A stretch of 64,000 nucleotides of DNA from Convolutriloba macropyga (lineage: Eukaryota). The position numbers and the translations under genes are program-made. Positions 48,443-61,000 of this stretch are shown piece after piece. Under the pieces are notes generated by a model. That model was not told the origin of the DNA, did no database searches, and saw only the letters and a program-made list of their open reading frames with translations. Each line of letters starts with the position of its first letter. Position 1 is the stretch's first letter. The DNA lies in the NCBI RefSeq assembly GCF_964194025.1, contig NC_134475.1, forward strand, positions 43,214,001 to 43,278,000. Reading direction: 5' to 3'.

Positions 48443-51400
48443 AACATAGCCGGCAGACTGCCGCAAGAGCTGCGAAATAGACTTGCGTGCCGTAAAATAC
48501 AGATAAAACAGATACAGAAAAGAGTTGAAAAAGTAATCGCGGCAACCTTGAAAATTTTAACTTGAAGGGGTGTATCATTGAGAAAATTTTTTGGTGCAAA
48601 AAGTTTTGACGAGGAGGTTCTAACCCCATTCCCCGGCTTAAGATACAGAAGCATTATTCACTCGGCCCTTGCCACCATTTATCTTACAGTTGATTTTGTT
48701 TTAGCAACAAACGTTATTTCTAAATGCAAGCAATTTAGCTCACGCAAAAAGCAGGAAATCAAGCGTGAAAAAGTTACTGAAAAAGGAAATCGAAAGAATT
48801 TTCTATAACATATGTTGAACGAAAAAGCGTCCGACGACAAAAAACATAGCAGTAAGTCCTGAAAAACAATCCGAAGAATTGAATGAAACACTAACAACTA
48901 CTGTACCTCGTCAGGAGACCATGTGAACAATGCCAGACAAACAGATAAAAGTAGAATCTGCAATTTAGCGAAAAACAGAAACAAAAGAATTCAAAGTGTA
49001 CATACTTTGATGATCAGCAACAACCTCAAAAAATATTGACTCCTTGAGATCCGAAAATTTGAAAGTGACAACACATTACCAAAATCTCAAAGACAATTTG
49101 TTTTATTCTTCATACTAATCTCATCAAATCCAGTTAATTATTGCTGAAATCTGCAAAACATTTAACTTGCAGTCTAGTAGAGATCTTGCAGAACAGAGGC
49201 AAAAAGAGGCAAGAACGATAGAAAACTTAATTTGAAAAATTTAGAGGAAGCTACATAAATGAAATTCTTGATGCTAATGTCCACAAACGAAAGACCTCTG
49301 TCACAATATCAAAAGTAATAACAAACGAAAAAACCTTTCTAAAAGATTCATTGCACCTACTGACGGAAAAACTACTGACGGATTGCACCTACTGAGATGA
49401 ACAAAAAATTTCCAAAAAAATTCGAGAAAAGTTGCAAATTTTGAGTTGCAAAGTTGCAAGTCTGCAAAACTTATGAAACTATTGACTTCAAAATTATTTC
49501 TTTTTCACTAAAAAATCCAGTAATTCATTGTCACTCATCTGGTTCATTTATTCTTGAAGAGCATTCTTATGTCCCTAGAAGCTTTCAAGTAATAGAGCGT
49601 CAAGCTCATAGAAGCTTCATAGGCACCATTGGAATAAGAACATGCTGCCAAAAATGTGCTGCCAGAACATGCTGCCACATTGAAGTCTTCAAAACAATCC
49701 TTTGTCTGAAGACACTATCCAGTAAACCATGTTCAAGCTCTAAATAAGTTTATCAAAAGAACAAAACATGAAATGACAAATATTTGAAAAAAACTGTATA
49801 ATTTCAAATTTTATTGAAACGACGCTAAAGTCCTTGATGATGATAGTTTCAAAACCATCAAATTCCCTCACGAAACCAACCAGTTGCCCTCTTCAAGCTC
49901 ATAAAATGTTTCCTTGGCCCATAAAAATCGGAAAACTCAAAAAACGGCAAAAAAACTTTGAAAATTGAAAAAAATGACTGTTATTTTGAGTGTTCAGGTT
50001 TGCATTATCAAAGAAGAATTATGGCTCGCAATGGACCTCGTGAACTTTGAAAAACCATTATTGTACTACCTATATGAAAAATTTTTATATAATGGCAAAA
50101 GGCATGAGAAATTAAACCATCATGGACTCAAAAACTACAAACTGACCTTCTCTAATAACACTTTATGGCCACAGGGCACAATCTGTTTATCCCGTTTCTA
50201 AAGGTCAAAGTCATGGAAGTGAATGGAAAACGTTAGAGTTCCTCAACTGACCAACGGAAAAATTCGATTACACCAGCCAAACGAAAATTCTTGTTACATC
50301 AGGGAATTATCAAAAACTGTAAAGTTAACTGTTGTTGAGGTATCAAGAACCTATAATTAGGGTACACAATTTGCAGACAAAGGAAACTCAAATTCGCATT
50401 GATAGAGGACAAGCAGAAGCAAAAACTGTAAAAGCTGAGTTTTTTTTGTAAAAGACAAGTAATTAATAAAATCGCTATATCCTTGGTACTATTGTAAAAA
50501 ATTTTGGGCTAACTTTCTTTGTGTTTCAGTCCTCAGAAACATTTTTGTGCTTCTGGAACCCATTAAGGAAACCAGCAGCAAGAAAAGCGCATAATGATAT
50601 TGAAGTGTTTATCAAAAAGCACGTTGAAGATTGCAATAAACAATCGGAAAGCAAATCGGCAATTTTTGCATAAAAGCTTGAAAATTGATCACTTCGGTTC
50701 AAGGACTAAAATTCTTCATTACCAACAATTTCTTATTATATGCCAGCCAAACAGCAAAACCTGATCAAAACTTAAAAATAAGAAATTACAAAAAAGTGCT
50801 AGAAATCTTTTAGATAGAAACTTCAAACTAGCTCTGTAACGCTAAAATTCTATTAAAAACCCTAGTTCGAAGCTGAAAAAAGTTTTATTGCCCTCTTTAA
50901 CAAAAGAACGGGAAAAATCATAAGAAGTATCAAAAAACTTTTAAACAGTTAGGAAATTTAAAAAAAACTTTCAAAATTGTGCCGTAAACGGATTTTACCT
51001 GCACTCAAAACTTTATCTGGACCATAAACAATTATCTATGAACACATATTCAGCCCTCAGTTTAAAACGTTCAAAAAACTTGCAAAGTTGTAAAAACTAC
51101 TAGTCATAACCAGATTCTCGAAATCAAATCTGTATTTACAAAACTTGATAGAAGTTTCAAATTTATGAAAATAGTAACTTGAAAAATACTTCGTTTTCAC
51201 TAAAACATTCCAGTAAATTAATGTCGTTCATCTGGTTCAATCATTCTTGATTAGCATTCTTATGTCGCTAGAAGCTATCCAAACGTTAAGCTCAAAAGCA
51301 CATTGGCCACGGCGGAACACGAACATGCTGCCAAAAAGGTAACATTTAAGTCTTCAAAACAATCCTTCGTCTCAAGACACTATCTAGTAAACCATGTTCA

Positions 51401-54400
51401 AGCTCTAAATAAATTTATAAAAAGGACAGAACAAGAAATGACAAAAAAATGAAACACTTTGACAAAACTTTCAATTTTCATTGAAACGCCGCTTAAGTCC
51501 TTGATAATACTATTTTCAAAACCATTCCATTCTCTCTAGAAACCATCCAGTTGCCAATCTTCAAGCTCTAAAAACGCTAAAGTTAAAAAACAATGCAATT
51601 ATTATTAGTTTGCGTGTTTAAATTTGTATTATCAAACTTTATAGCATAAAAACCAGACATCAAGAAGAATTGTGGCTTGCAATGGACCCTATGAATTTCG
51701 AAAAACTTTATTTTGATACCTATCTAAAACTTTTTATATAATAAAAAACAAATAATAATAAAATAAACTATTCTGGACTCAAAAACTACAAATTGACCTT
51801 CTCACCTTAAAATTAGCCTTCCCAAAACGTTGAGAACTCTAAGCACTTGAAACACTACTAAAGCCAGCTAATAAAACTTAATGACCACAGGGCACTACTT
51901 GTTTATCCCGTTTTTAAAGGTCAGAATCATGGGAAAAAGTGTAATATCATAAAAAAAGTCCAGAATTACAAAGAGAAAACTGAATGCAAAACGTAGAAAC
52001 TCGTCAATTGACCACCGGAAACATCGCATGACACCAACCAAACAAAAATTCCGGTTAAATAAATAAGGAATTCTCAAAAACAATTTGAACTGTAGAGAAC
52101 TCGTAGAGTGAACTGTTGTTGAGGTAACGAGAACCAAAAATTAACGTACAAAATTTGCAGCCAAAGGAAACTCAAATTGGCATTGAGAGAGGACAAGCAG
52201 AAGCAAAAACTACAAAAATAAGCAATTTTGTTAAAAAAAGCAAGTATAGAATAAAATCGATATATTCTTGGCACTATTGTAAAATATCTTTTAACATTCT
52301 TCGTGTTTCAGTCCTCAGAAACATTTTTGTGTTTCTGGAACTCATTCAGGAATTCAGCAATATAGGCGCATAATGATGCTGAAGTGTTTATCAAAAAGCA
52401 CGTTGAAAATTGCAAAAAAAAAATCGGAATGCAAATCGGCAATTTTTGCATAAAAGCTTGAAAATTGATCAATGGGTTTGTTCCGTTCAAGGACTCTAAC
52501 TTCTTCAATACCAGCAATTTCTGATATGCGAGCCAAACAGCAAAAACCTGATCAAAACTTAAAAACAAGAAATTACAAAAATGTGCTAGAAAAATTTTAG
52601 ATAGAAACTTCAAACTAGCTCTGTAACGCTAAAAATCTATTAAAAACCCTAGTTCGAAGCTGAAGAAAAGTTTTATTGCCCTCTTTAACAAAAGAACGAG
52701 AAAAATGATAAGAACTATCAAAAATTTTTTAAACAGTTAGAAAATTTAAAAAACGTTCAAAACTGTGCCGTAAACGGATTTTACCTGCACTCAAAACTTT
52801 ATATGGACCATAAACAATTATCTATGAACACATATTCAGCCCTCAGTTTAAAACGTTCAAAAAAACTTGCAAAGTTGTAAAAACTACTAGTCATAACCAG
52901 ATTATCGAAATCAAATCTTTATTTACAAAACTTGATAGAAGTTTCAAATTTTCTTGAATTTTCTGTAAAATTAATGAAAATAGTAACTTGAAAAATACTT
53001 CATTTTCACTAAAACTTTCCAGTAAATCATTGTCATTCATCTGGTTCAACAATTCTTGAATAGCATTTTTATGTCTCTAGAAGCTATTTAAACGTTAAGC
53101 TCAAAAGCATCATTGGCCACGGCGGAACAAGAAACTGCTGCCAAAAAGCTAACATTTAAGTCCTTAAAAGCAATTCTGTCTCTAAATAAAATTCAAAAAG
53201 GACAAAACACGAAATGACAAAAATATGAAAAAATTTGACAAAACTTTCAATTTTTATTGAAACGCCGCTTAAGTCCTTGATAATAATATTTTCTAAAGCA
53301 TTCCATTCTCTCTAGAAACAATCCAGTTGCCAATCTTCAAGCTCTAAAAATACCAAATTAAAAAAATGCAACTATTATTAGTTTGCAAGTTTAAATTTGT
53401 TGTATCAAACTTTATAGCAAAAAAATCAGACAACAAGAAGACTTATGGCTTGCAAAGGACCTTATGAACTTTGAAAAACGTTAGTGTTACATATCTAAAT
53501 TTTTTTATATAATAAAAAACAAAAAACTAAACTATTCTGGACTCAAAAACTACAAATTGTCCTTCTCACCTTAAAAACAGTTTTCCCAAAACGTTGAGAG
53601 CTCTAAGCACTTGAAACACTACTAAAGCCAGCTAATAAAACTTAATGACCACTGGGCACTACTTGTTTATCCCGTTTTTAAAGGTCAGAATCATGAAAAA
53701 AAGTGTAATATCATACAAAAGTTCAGAATTACAAAGAAAAACTGAATGCAAAACGTGGAAACTCGTCAATTGACCACCGGAAACATTGCATGACACCAAC
53801 CAAACGACAATTCTGGTTAAATAAATAGGGAATTCTCGAAAACAATTTGAACTGTTGAGAACTCGTAGAGTGAACTGTTGTTGAGGTAACCAGAACCAAA
53901 AATTAACGTACAAAACTTGCAGACAAAGGAAACTCAAATTGGCATTGAGAGAGGACAAGCAGAAGCAAAAGCTACAAAAATAAGCAATTTTGTAAAAAGC
54001 AAGTATTTAATAAAATCGATATATTCTTGGTACTATTGTAAATTATCTTGGGATTATTTTCTTGGTGTTTAAGTCCTCTGAAAGATTTTTATGTTTTTAA
54101 AGATGATTCAAGAACCCAGCAGGCAAGATACGAGCATAATGATGTTGAAGTTTTTTTTATCAAAAAGCACGTAGACAATTGCAATAAAAATCGGAAATTT
54201 TTACATAAAGCTTTGAAATTGATTAATATTTTTGTTCCGGATAAAGACGCTAATTTCTTCAATACCAACAATTTCTTGCCAAAGACTACAAAATAGCAAG
54301 CCGTCAGGCTGCAAAATAATTTCCTGATATATGCGAGCCGGACAGCAAAAGCTGATAAAATTCTTAAAAAATAAGTGGAAATTTAAAAAATGTGCAAAAA

Positions 54401-55202
54401 TCTTTAAGATAAGAACTTCAATCCATCTTCTGTATTGACAACTGCTGCAAACAAGTTTTAATGCGCTCTTTAACAAAAAGAACCAGAAAAACGATAAAAC
54501 GTCTGAAAAAACTTGAACAATTAGCAAATATTTTGAAACAATTGCTCAAATTTGTGCCGTTAATATCCTCAAAATTTAATCAGGACCATTAAAAATTACA
54601 CAAATTCAGCCTGAACTCTGTTTCGTTGGTCAATAAAGAAAACAGCGTGCAAAATGTTTAAAACATTAAAAAAAACAAACTTGCACAGTTCCAAACATTA
54701 CTCATATCCAGATCCTCAAAATCAAATGTATATTGTTAAAAATCAATCCATTGACCCATTTTCCAGCCTGAAAAATGTTTCACTGAACTGTGAAATTAGA
54801 AATAACTGAGGGAACATTTAAAAAAAACTTGAAATTAGCGAAAAATGCTTTGACTAGGGTATTAAATTTGGCATAAATAACACAACGAGACAAAAAACAT
54901 CAGGATAAAAAGACATTTCGTAGAGCATAACAGCCAAGTACAATATATAAACTATGACTGACCTTTAAAAAGTCCAAACTTAAAAATCAAAGAATTTGAC
55001 AAAAACAAGGAAAAATTGCTTTATTCAGGTTTTAAAAACAGCACAAACTGAAATCTTCAAATTGAAATTAGATCTTCCCAGCAGTTTCTGCACTCTAGTC
55101 ACATTAAAGACTACTAAGTCGTGCAAAAAGGTGTAAAACTTATTACAAAAAAGCAGTAATGCAATCCAAGTTCTTTGGATTGTAAAAAACCAAGAGTACC
55201 GC
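48443..55202 (-). mobile_element. HINE family A3 with nested, internally amplified family C (48843-55184)
   Basis: A3 3' end at 48443; GACGACAAAAAA then C start CATAGCAGTAAGTCCTG; C end TGCAATCCAAGTTCTTTGGATTGTA then CCAAGAGTACCGC, as in the A3 copy at 42629-42641. An A1 5'-end fragment follows at ~55230-55373. Confidence 0.65.
49440..54730. repeat. About three diverged tandem units of ~1.7-1.8 kb
   Basis: Marker GGGCAC..TGTTTATCCCGTTT..AAAGGTCA at ~50170, 51886 and 53650; long alignable stretches (50800-51160 vs 52590-52950). Confidence 0.9.
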
Positions 55203-56043
55203 CAAGCATCACCCAGGTTGAAGTTTAATAGATTAGCCTAGAGAAGTCAAAAAAGACTTCACGCAAAATGTTGAACAAGCTGTGAACTAAGGTAAAGCAA
55301 AACAAATTTTTATTCGACGACGTAAAAAATAGGAACGCAAAAATAACCTGCTGAGAAGCTGAGGGCGGCTATTAAACATGGCAAACTAATGTCTAGCAAA
55401 TTGATCCCAACAATCGCCGGGCACGGGAGATTAATTAAACGGCTTCAGCAGCTGCAGTGGATGGCCTAAGGGCTTGAAATGCTTTCATTAGAACTAAATA
55501 CACAAGATTTAAATTGAAAACAAAAATGATATCAATATTGGGTGAGCCAGCTAAGTTATTAAGCCGCTTTAAACTCTGAATGGGAGCAATTTAACCCTCA
55601 AAAATCAAGAAGCCAAGAGCGAAAAAGCCGGTCAAAAAAGTGGTCAAAAACAGTTAAATGAAAAATCGATAGCACAAAATATCCGTATAAGACCAACAGG
55701 ATTAAAATTAATTGTTGCAAATAATACAAAAACGGAAAATTAAAAATCAATCACGCTAAAATGAAGAATTATAGAGTGAAATAGTCACTCGCTTAGTCAA
55801 ATCGTTTAAGCGAGCGAAAGAGTTCTTTTAGAAAAACGTTCAGGAAAAATACTTTCAACAGTAGCTTGCAGCTAATAACCCCACAATAACAAAATGCGCT
55901 CTCGAAGGACAGGCGGGGCAAATTAATTCAGCGGGCAAAATTCTTACATGCAAAAGTCACACATGTGTACAATAATTGCTTCAAACTTCGTTCAGGGTCA
56001 ATTAAAAATCGTATTTCATAAATATTACCATGTTCAAACTTAC

Positions 56044-56338
56044 CAGGGGGTTTATTGAAAGCAACCAAGTCGTTAGAGCAAAATATGACGTTGTTGAGCA
56101 ACAGCTGACATGCATCCTCTTCGTCTGTCCTCCATTGGGGCAGGAACCCAGTTCTCAAGTGAGCAGTCAGCATTTTATTTGTGGGTTTGTCGAATTCTTT
56201 CGGATCTCTTCTCTCTAGAGCCAGCTGATCACGTCTAGAGGTCACAAGAGACAGTCTTGTGGGATAATACGACAGCTTTTCAGGCGTTGATTTTTTGCCT
56301 AGGTTATCAACTCGTATGAGGTCACTTCCATGAGTCAT
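56044..56338 (-). CDS. RPUSD4: RPUSD4-like, first coding exon (proximal copy)
   Basis: ATG at 56338 to VIFCSNDLVAFNKPPG with donor G|GTAAGT at 56043. Total CDS is 295+177+650 = 1122 nt (373 aa). An additional upstream coding exon cannot be excluded. Confidence 0.85.
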
Positions 56339-57017
56339 TTGCTCTGCACTCTATGATCCAAAATCAGAAAATCAGTACGTTGTACACCCCCAATTTCGGC
56401 TTTGACTATTATACGAGGTAAAAGCGTGAAAATACACCTAGTTATTTAGGCTAGAACACAATCAGCTATTGTTTTGCATCACTAAAAAATGATTGCGTGC
56501 CAGCTGGTGAGGAGGAGGATGCATATCAGCTAATTCTGAACTACGCAATATATTGTTCAAACTACTTGGTTTCTTCCAATAAACCAGATGATAAGCTTTC
56601 TAATTGCTCTTGAACAAAGACAGAAGCAATTATTCTACCTTTTCACACCTGAATTGGGATCGCGGTTAGACGATAGGAGGCAGAACTTGGGTCAGAAAGG
56701 CAGGCCAGCAAAAATTTTAAAAAATGCGATAGTACTTCCAGTTTTGTCAAGGCTCAAAATTAGTATATTTAAGAACAACTACATCAGTTAATAAGGGCAA
56801 AAACCCCAACGGAACAATTCATTTTGGACGTTTTTCAAGATCAATCGAAAAACCCCACAATAACAAAATGCGCTCTCGAAGGACAGGCGGGGCAAATTAA
56901 TTCAGCGGGCAAAATTCTTACATGCAAAAGTCACACATGTGTACAATAATTGCTTCAAACTTCGTTCAGGGTCAATTAAAAATCGTATTTCATAAATATT
57001 ACCATGTTCAAACTTAC

Positions 57018-57312
57018 CAGGGGGTTTATTGAAAGCAACCAAGTCGTTAGAGCAAAATATGACGTTGTTGAGCAACAGCTGACATGCATCCTCTTCGTCT
57101 GTCCTCCATTGGGGCAGGAACCCAGTTCTCAAGTGAGCAGTCAGCATTTTATTTGTGGGTTTGTCGAATTCTTTCGGATCTCTTCTCTCTAGAGCCAGCT
57201 GATCACGTCTAGAGGTCACAAGAGACAGTCTTGTGGGATAATACGACAGCTTTTCAGGCGTTGATTTTTTGCCTAGGTTATCAACTCGTATGAGGTCACT
57301 TCCATGAGTCAT
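57018..57312 (-). CDS. RPUSD4: Duplicate of the RPUSD4-like first coding exon (distal copy)
   Basis: Identical translation and intact donor, offset by 974 bp. Confidence 0.7.
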
Positions 57313-58089
57313 TTGCTCTGCACTCTATGATCCAAAATCAGAAAATCAGTACGTTGTACACCCCCAATTTCGGCTTTGACTATTATACGAGGTAAAAGCG
57401 TGAAAATACACCTAGTTATTTAGGCTAGAACACAATCAGCTATTGTTTTGCATCACTAAAAAATGATTGCGTGCCAGCTGGTGAGGAGGAGGATGCATAT
57501 CAGCTAATTCTGAACTACGCAATATATTGTTCAAACTACTTGGTTTCTTCCAATAAACCAGATGATAAGCTTTCTAATTGCTCTTGAACAAAGACAGAAG
57601 CAATTATTCTACCTTTTCACACCTGAATTGGGATCGCGGTTAGACGATAGGAGGCAGAACTTGGGTCAGAAAGGCAGGCCAGCAAAAATTTTAAAAAATG
57701 CGATAGTACTTCCAGTTTTGTCAAGGCTCAAAATTAGTATATTTAAGAACAACTACATCAGTTAATAAGGGCAAAAACCCCAACGGAACAATTCATTTTG
57801 GACGTTTTTCAAGATCAATCGAAAAACGCAATCAAACTTCACTACGTACGTATCAAGGCAAAAAAAAGTTAAGCATTGAGCGGAAAGAGCTCCGCTGATA
57901 TGTTCTTCAAAGACAAACAAATTAAGTCTAAAAAGAACGAAATCGATGAAATATCACAGTAGCATTAACGAAATAGGTTATTTGACCGTTTATATAGACT
58001 TTTATCTTTAAGATATATCTTTTAGACTGACGCAATACTTTCCTCGCTTTATTCACTTAAAAAAATCTTACGACCCGAAAAGAAGCTGG

Positions 58090-61000
58090 AAGAACCGGCA
58101 CGCGATTAAAAAGCTAAAGGACGATCGAACCGAACGATCTTCGTACGACCGCGGAGGCTGCAACGCTTTCGGAACCGTATCTGAGTTCTTCAATCCGAGC
58201 GATGGAAAACCCCTCGGGTTGACTTCTTCGACAATCTCAACTAATTCACCAGCTCATTGGCAGACATCTGCCAATTCGATCTACGGTTCATAGCAGGACC
58301 ATAGTCCTTGAGCCAACGCGACCAAATTGAATTTGCATAGGACTGCGCGCAAGCACACCGTACCCCGTATGATTATCGAATTCGTCAACAACTGACAGAA
58401 ATCCGGCTGTTCCGTAACCGAATAGGATCGATTGGGGGCCTTTAGGTCAAAGTTCAGCGATTACGCGCCTGAGCGGACGTGCGTTCAATGCATATTCGAC
58501 AGGACAAAAGTGGTATACAAAATCTAATCAGGCGACAGCAATCGAGGATAAAAACTCTTTTCTGAAAAAAAGCTGCAGAACAACCTAAGCCAACTTGATG
58601 TGCAAGTTCAGCTGCAATGTTCATTATATTCAACATTTCAATGCTCTCATGGAGCTCCTTTTCCGATTAATTTCGAAGCCGTATCTGACCAAATTATAGA
58701 TAAGCAAAGCATTCATCAACAAGAGACGAACCGCTCCACTTCAATCTGACATGAACTAGCGTCCAGCCATACACGGAAGGATTTCAACGTGGACAGCACG
58801 AGTAGTCAGACATCTTATGTAACACGACAAAGAGTAATGTAAAAGAGCCGAAAGCGATCAATCCCAACGTTCACAAAAAGATGAGACAGGTTCGCGAATC
58901 GCTTCTTTGGGAGCTTGGTCATGAATGGTCACCGCACTGAACCTTCTGCACGTGACGCAGTTCCGCTTGATGTCCCAGAGCTCGAGCAGTTTCAGGACAG
59001 CACAACGTTACTGCAACTGTACTTTCGATCGTAAGTAAACGATTCCAGAGATTTCTTATGTGAGTCTACTGTAGCAACAGTTAAACAAAAATGTGACGTG
59101 CATCTAACACAAATGAATCTTCGCGACTCAGTTCAACAATGCAACACGGCTGCTCCGATTGACGGGCCTATTCTTAAGATGTTTTCCTTTGGTGTTAAAC
59201 AACTATCACTGAACAAAAACTGAAGATCCAGAATTTCACTTTTGCCATTCAAACCAGGCTTTTGCAATGCAAACCAGCATTTCACAGTTTGCGATAACAC
59301 TTATCTACGGAGAGATTGGCGCTCAAAAACTCAAGAGCGGCAAGGAGAGTCACCTAGAGTTCCACAGAATATTTATTGCCTTCATAGCTGCAACACGGGC
59401 CTTTCACACAGCGATTGTTTTAATCGAAGTTGAAAAGTTGCTGAGCCTTGAGGAAATCGACAGCACTAAATACGTATTGAAAGCCTTCAGCAAAAACTTG
59501 GAGTTTAAGATGTTTGGTGTTGAAAAGTAGCCGCCTGGAATAGCGATCTTAGCCAGCTGCAGCACATCAACACACAATTCACGGTACCTATCAACTGTGT
59601 CTTCATTAAACTTGTCATCCCAACGTTGACTATTCACCAGCCAAAGGTCTTTCAAAAATAACCGAGCACCTGCAGTGAACGGTGCAGCACGGCCGAAATG
59701 ACCATAGACAGAAGACATAGTTAACGTTGTTTTGGATTTTTGCAACTGGTGCTAGTGTCACGATTCATAAATTGAGTGTCGGTCATCTGATCCAATTTAA
59801 TCCCAAGCTCATTCAAAGCTACTTTCATAGATAAAACGATGATTTTGGGATCAGCGCATTGACGTGCTCTATGAATTAGGACACTCAGATGTGGGACAGT
59901 GATTACGCTATCAGTAGGCTTCAACCCACACAAAAATGTATTATCGTATGCAGTTTTCGACAAAATGCATTGTTTATTGATATACCAGAGCCATTGATTG
60001 CCACAAAAAGCGCAAAATGGGTTGCACACACGGTAGCACTTCAACCTGGAGAGACACTCCCTTAATGTCGGCCGATATGGAGAAATTTGCATGAAACAAT
60101 GTAGTATATAGAATTAGGGTTTCGCAGAAACTCGGGTTCGGTAAATATTTTTGTTCTAGAATGCAGTGGGACTCTGGGAAATTTTTCAGACGCAATGATA
60201 TGTTACAAACATTAGCCTACTTACGCACCACACAACTCCGTGTTGAACAAAGACCCCGCTTGAGGAGACAAAAACGTTCCAAGTTTGCTTTGAAGCAAGT
60301 CGAAACCTGCCCTGAAGACCACGGCAGAGTAACCTTTAAAATTTAACTTTGGGTTAGTGAACGGCGAGCACTTGTCGGCAGCAAAGTACTCTTAACGGCC
60401 AAATGGATCGACACCCATCCTGTTCAAGCATCATCTAGATGTTTCCATAACGTGACGGGATCTAAACCTACCGAGAGAGGTATTTTTCTTACAGTCTTTC
60501 AAAATAGATGTATGAGCCAACATTCAATTTATCTTTCTCGGACGGAATATTTATTGCCTTCATAGCTGCAACACGGCCCTTTCACACAGCGATTGTTTTA
60601 ATCGAAGTTGAAAAGTTGCTGAGCCTTGAGGAAATCGACAGCACTAAATACGTATTGAAAGCCTTCAGCAAAAACTTGGAGTTTGAGATGTTTGGTGTTG
60701 AAAAGTAGCCACCTGGAATAGCGATCTTAGCCAGCTGCAGCACATCAACACACAATTCAAGGTACCTATCAACTGTGTCTTCGTTAAACTTGTCATCCTA
60801 ACGTTGACTATTCACCAGCCAAAGGTCTTTCAAAAATAAACGAGCACCTGCAGTGAACGGTGCAGCACGGCCGAAATGACCATAGACAGAAGACTTAGTA
60901 AACGTTGTTTTGGATTTTTGTAACTGGTGCTAGTGTCACGATTAATAAATTGAGTGTCGGTCATCTGATCTGATTTAAACCCAAGCTCATCCAAAGATAC

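Larger units (their letters stand above)
55877..57827. repeat. 974-bp tandem duplication (55877-56850 / 56851-57824)
   Basis: No differences seen by eye; ORF-track entries repeat with offset 974; AAC microhomology at the junction. Confidence 0.95.

Noticed and set aside
11786-55373. Interpreting A/B/C repeats as MITEs or rho-independent terminators
   Set aside because: The inverted repeats are subterminal and asymmetric with an extra stem-loop outside one of them, and there are no TSDs. This fits Helentron/DINE architecture; bacterial terminators are irrelevant here.
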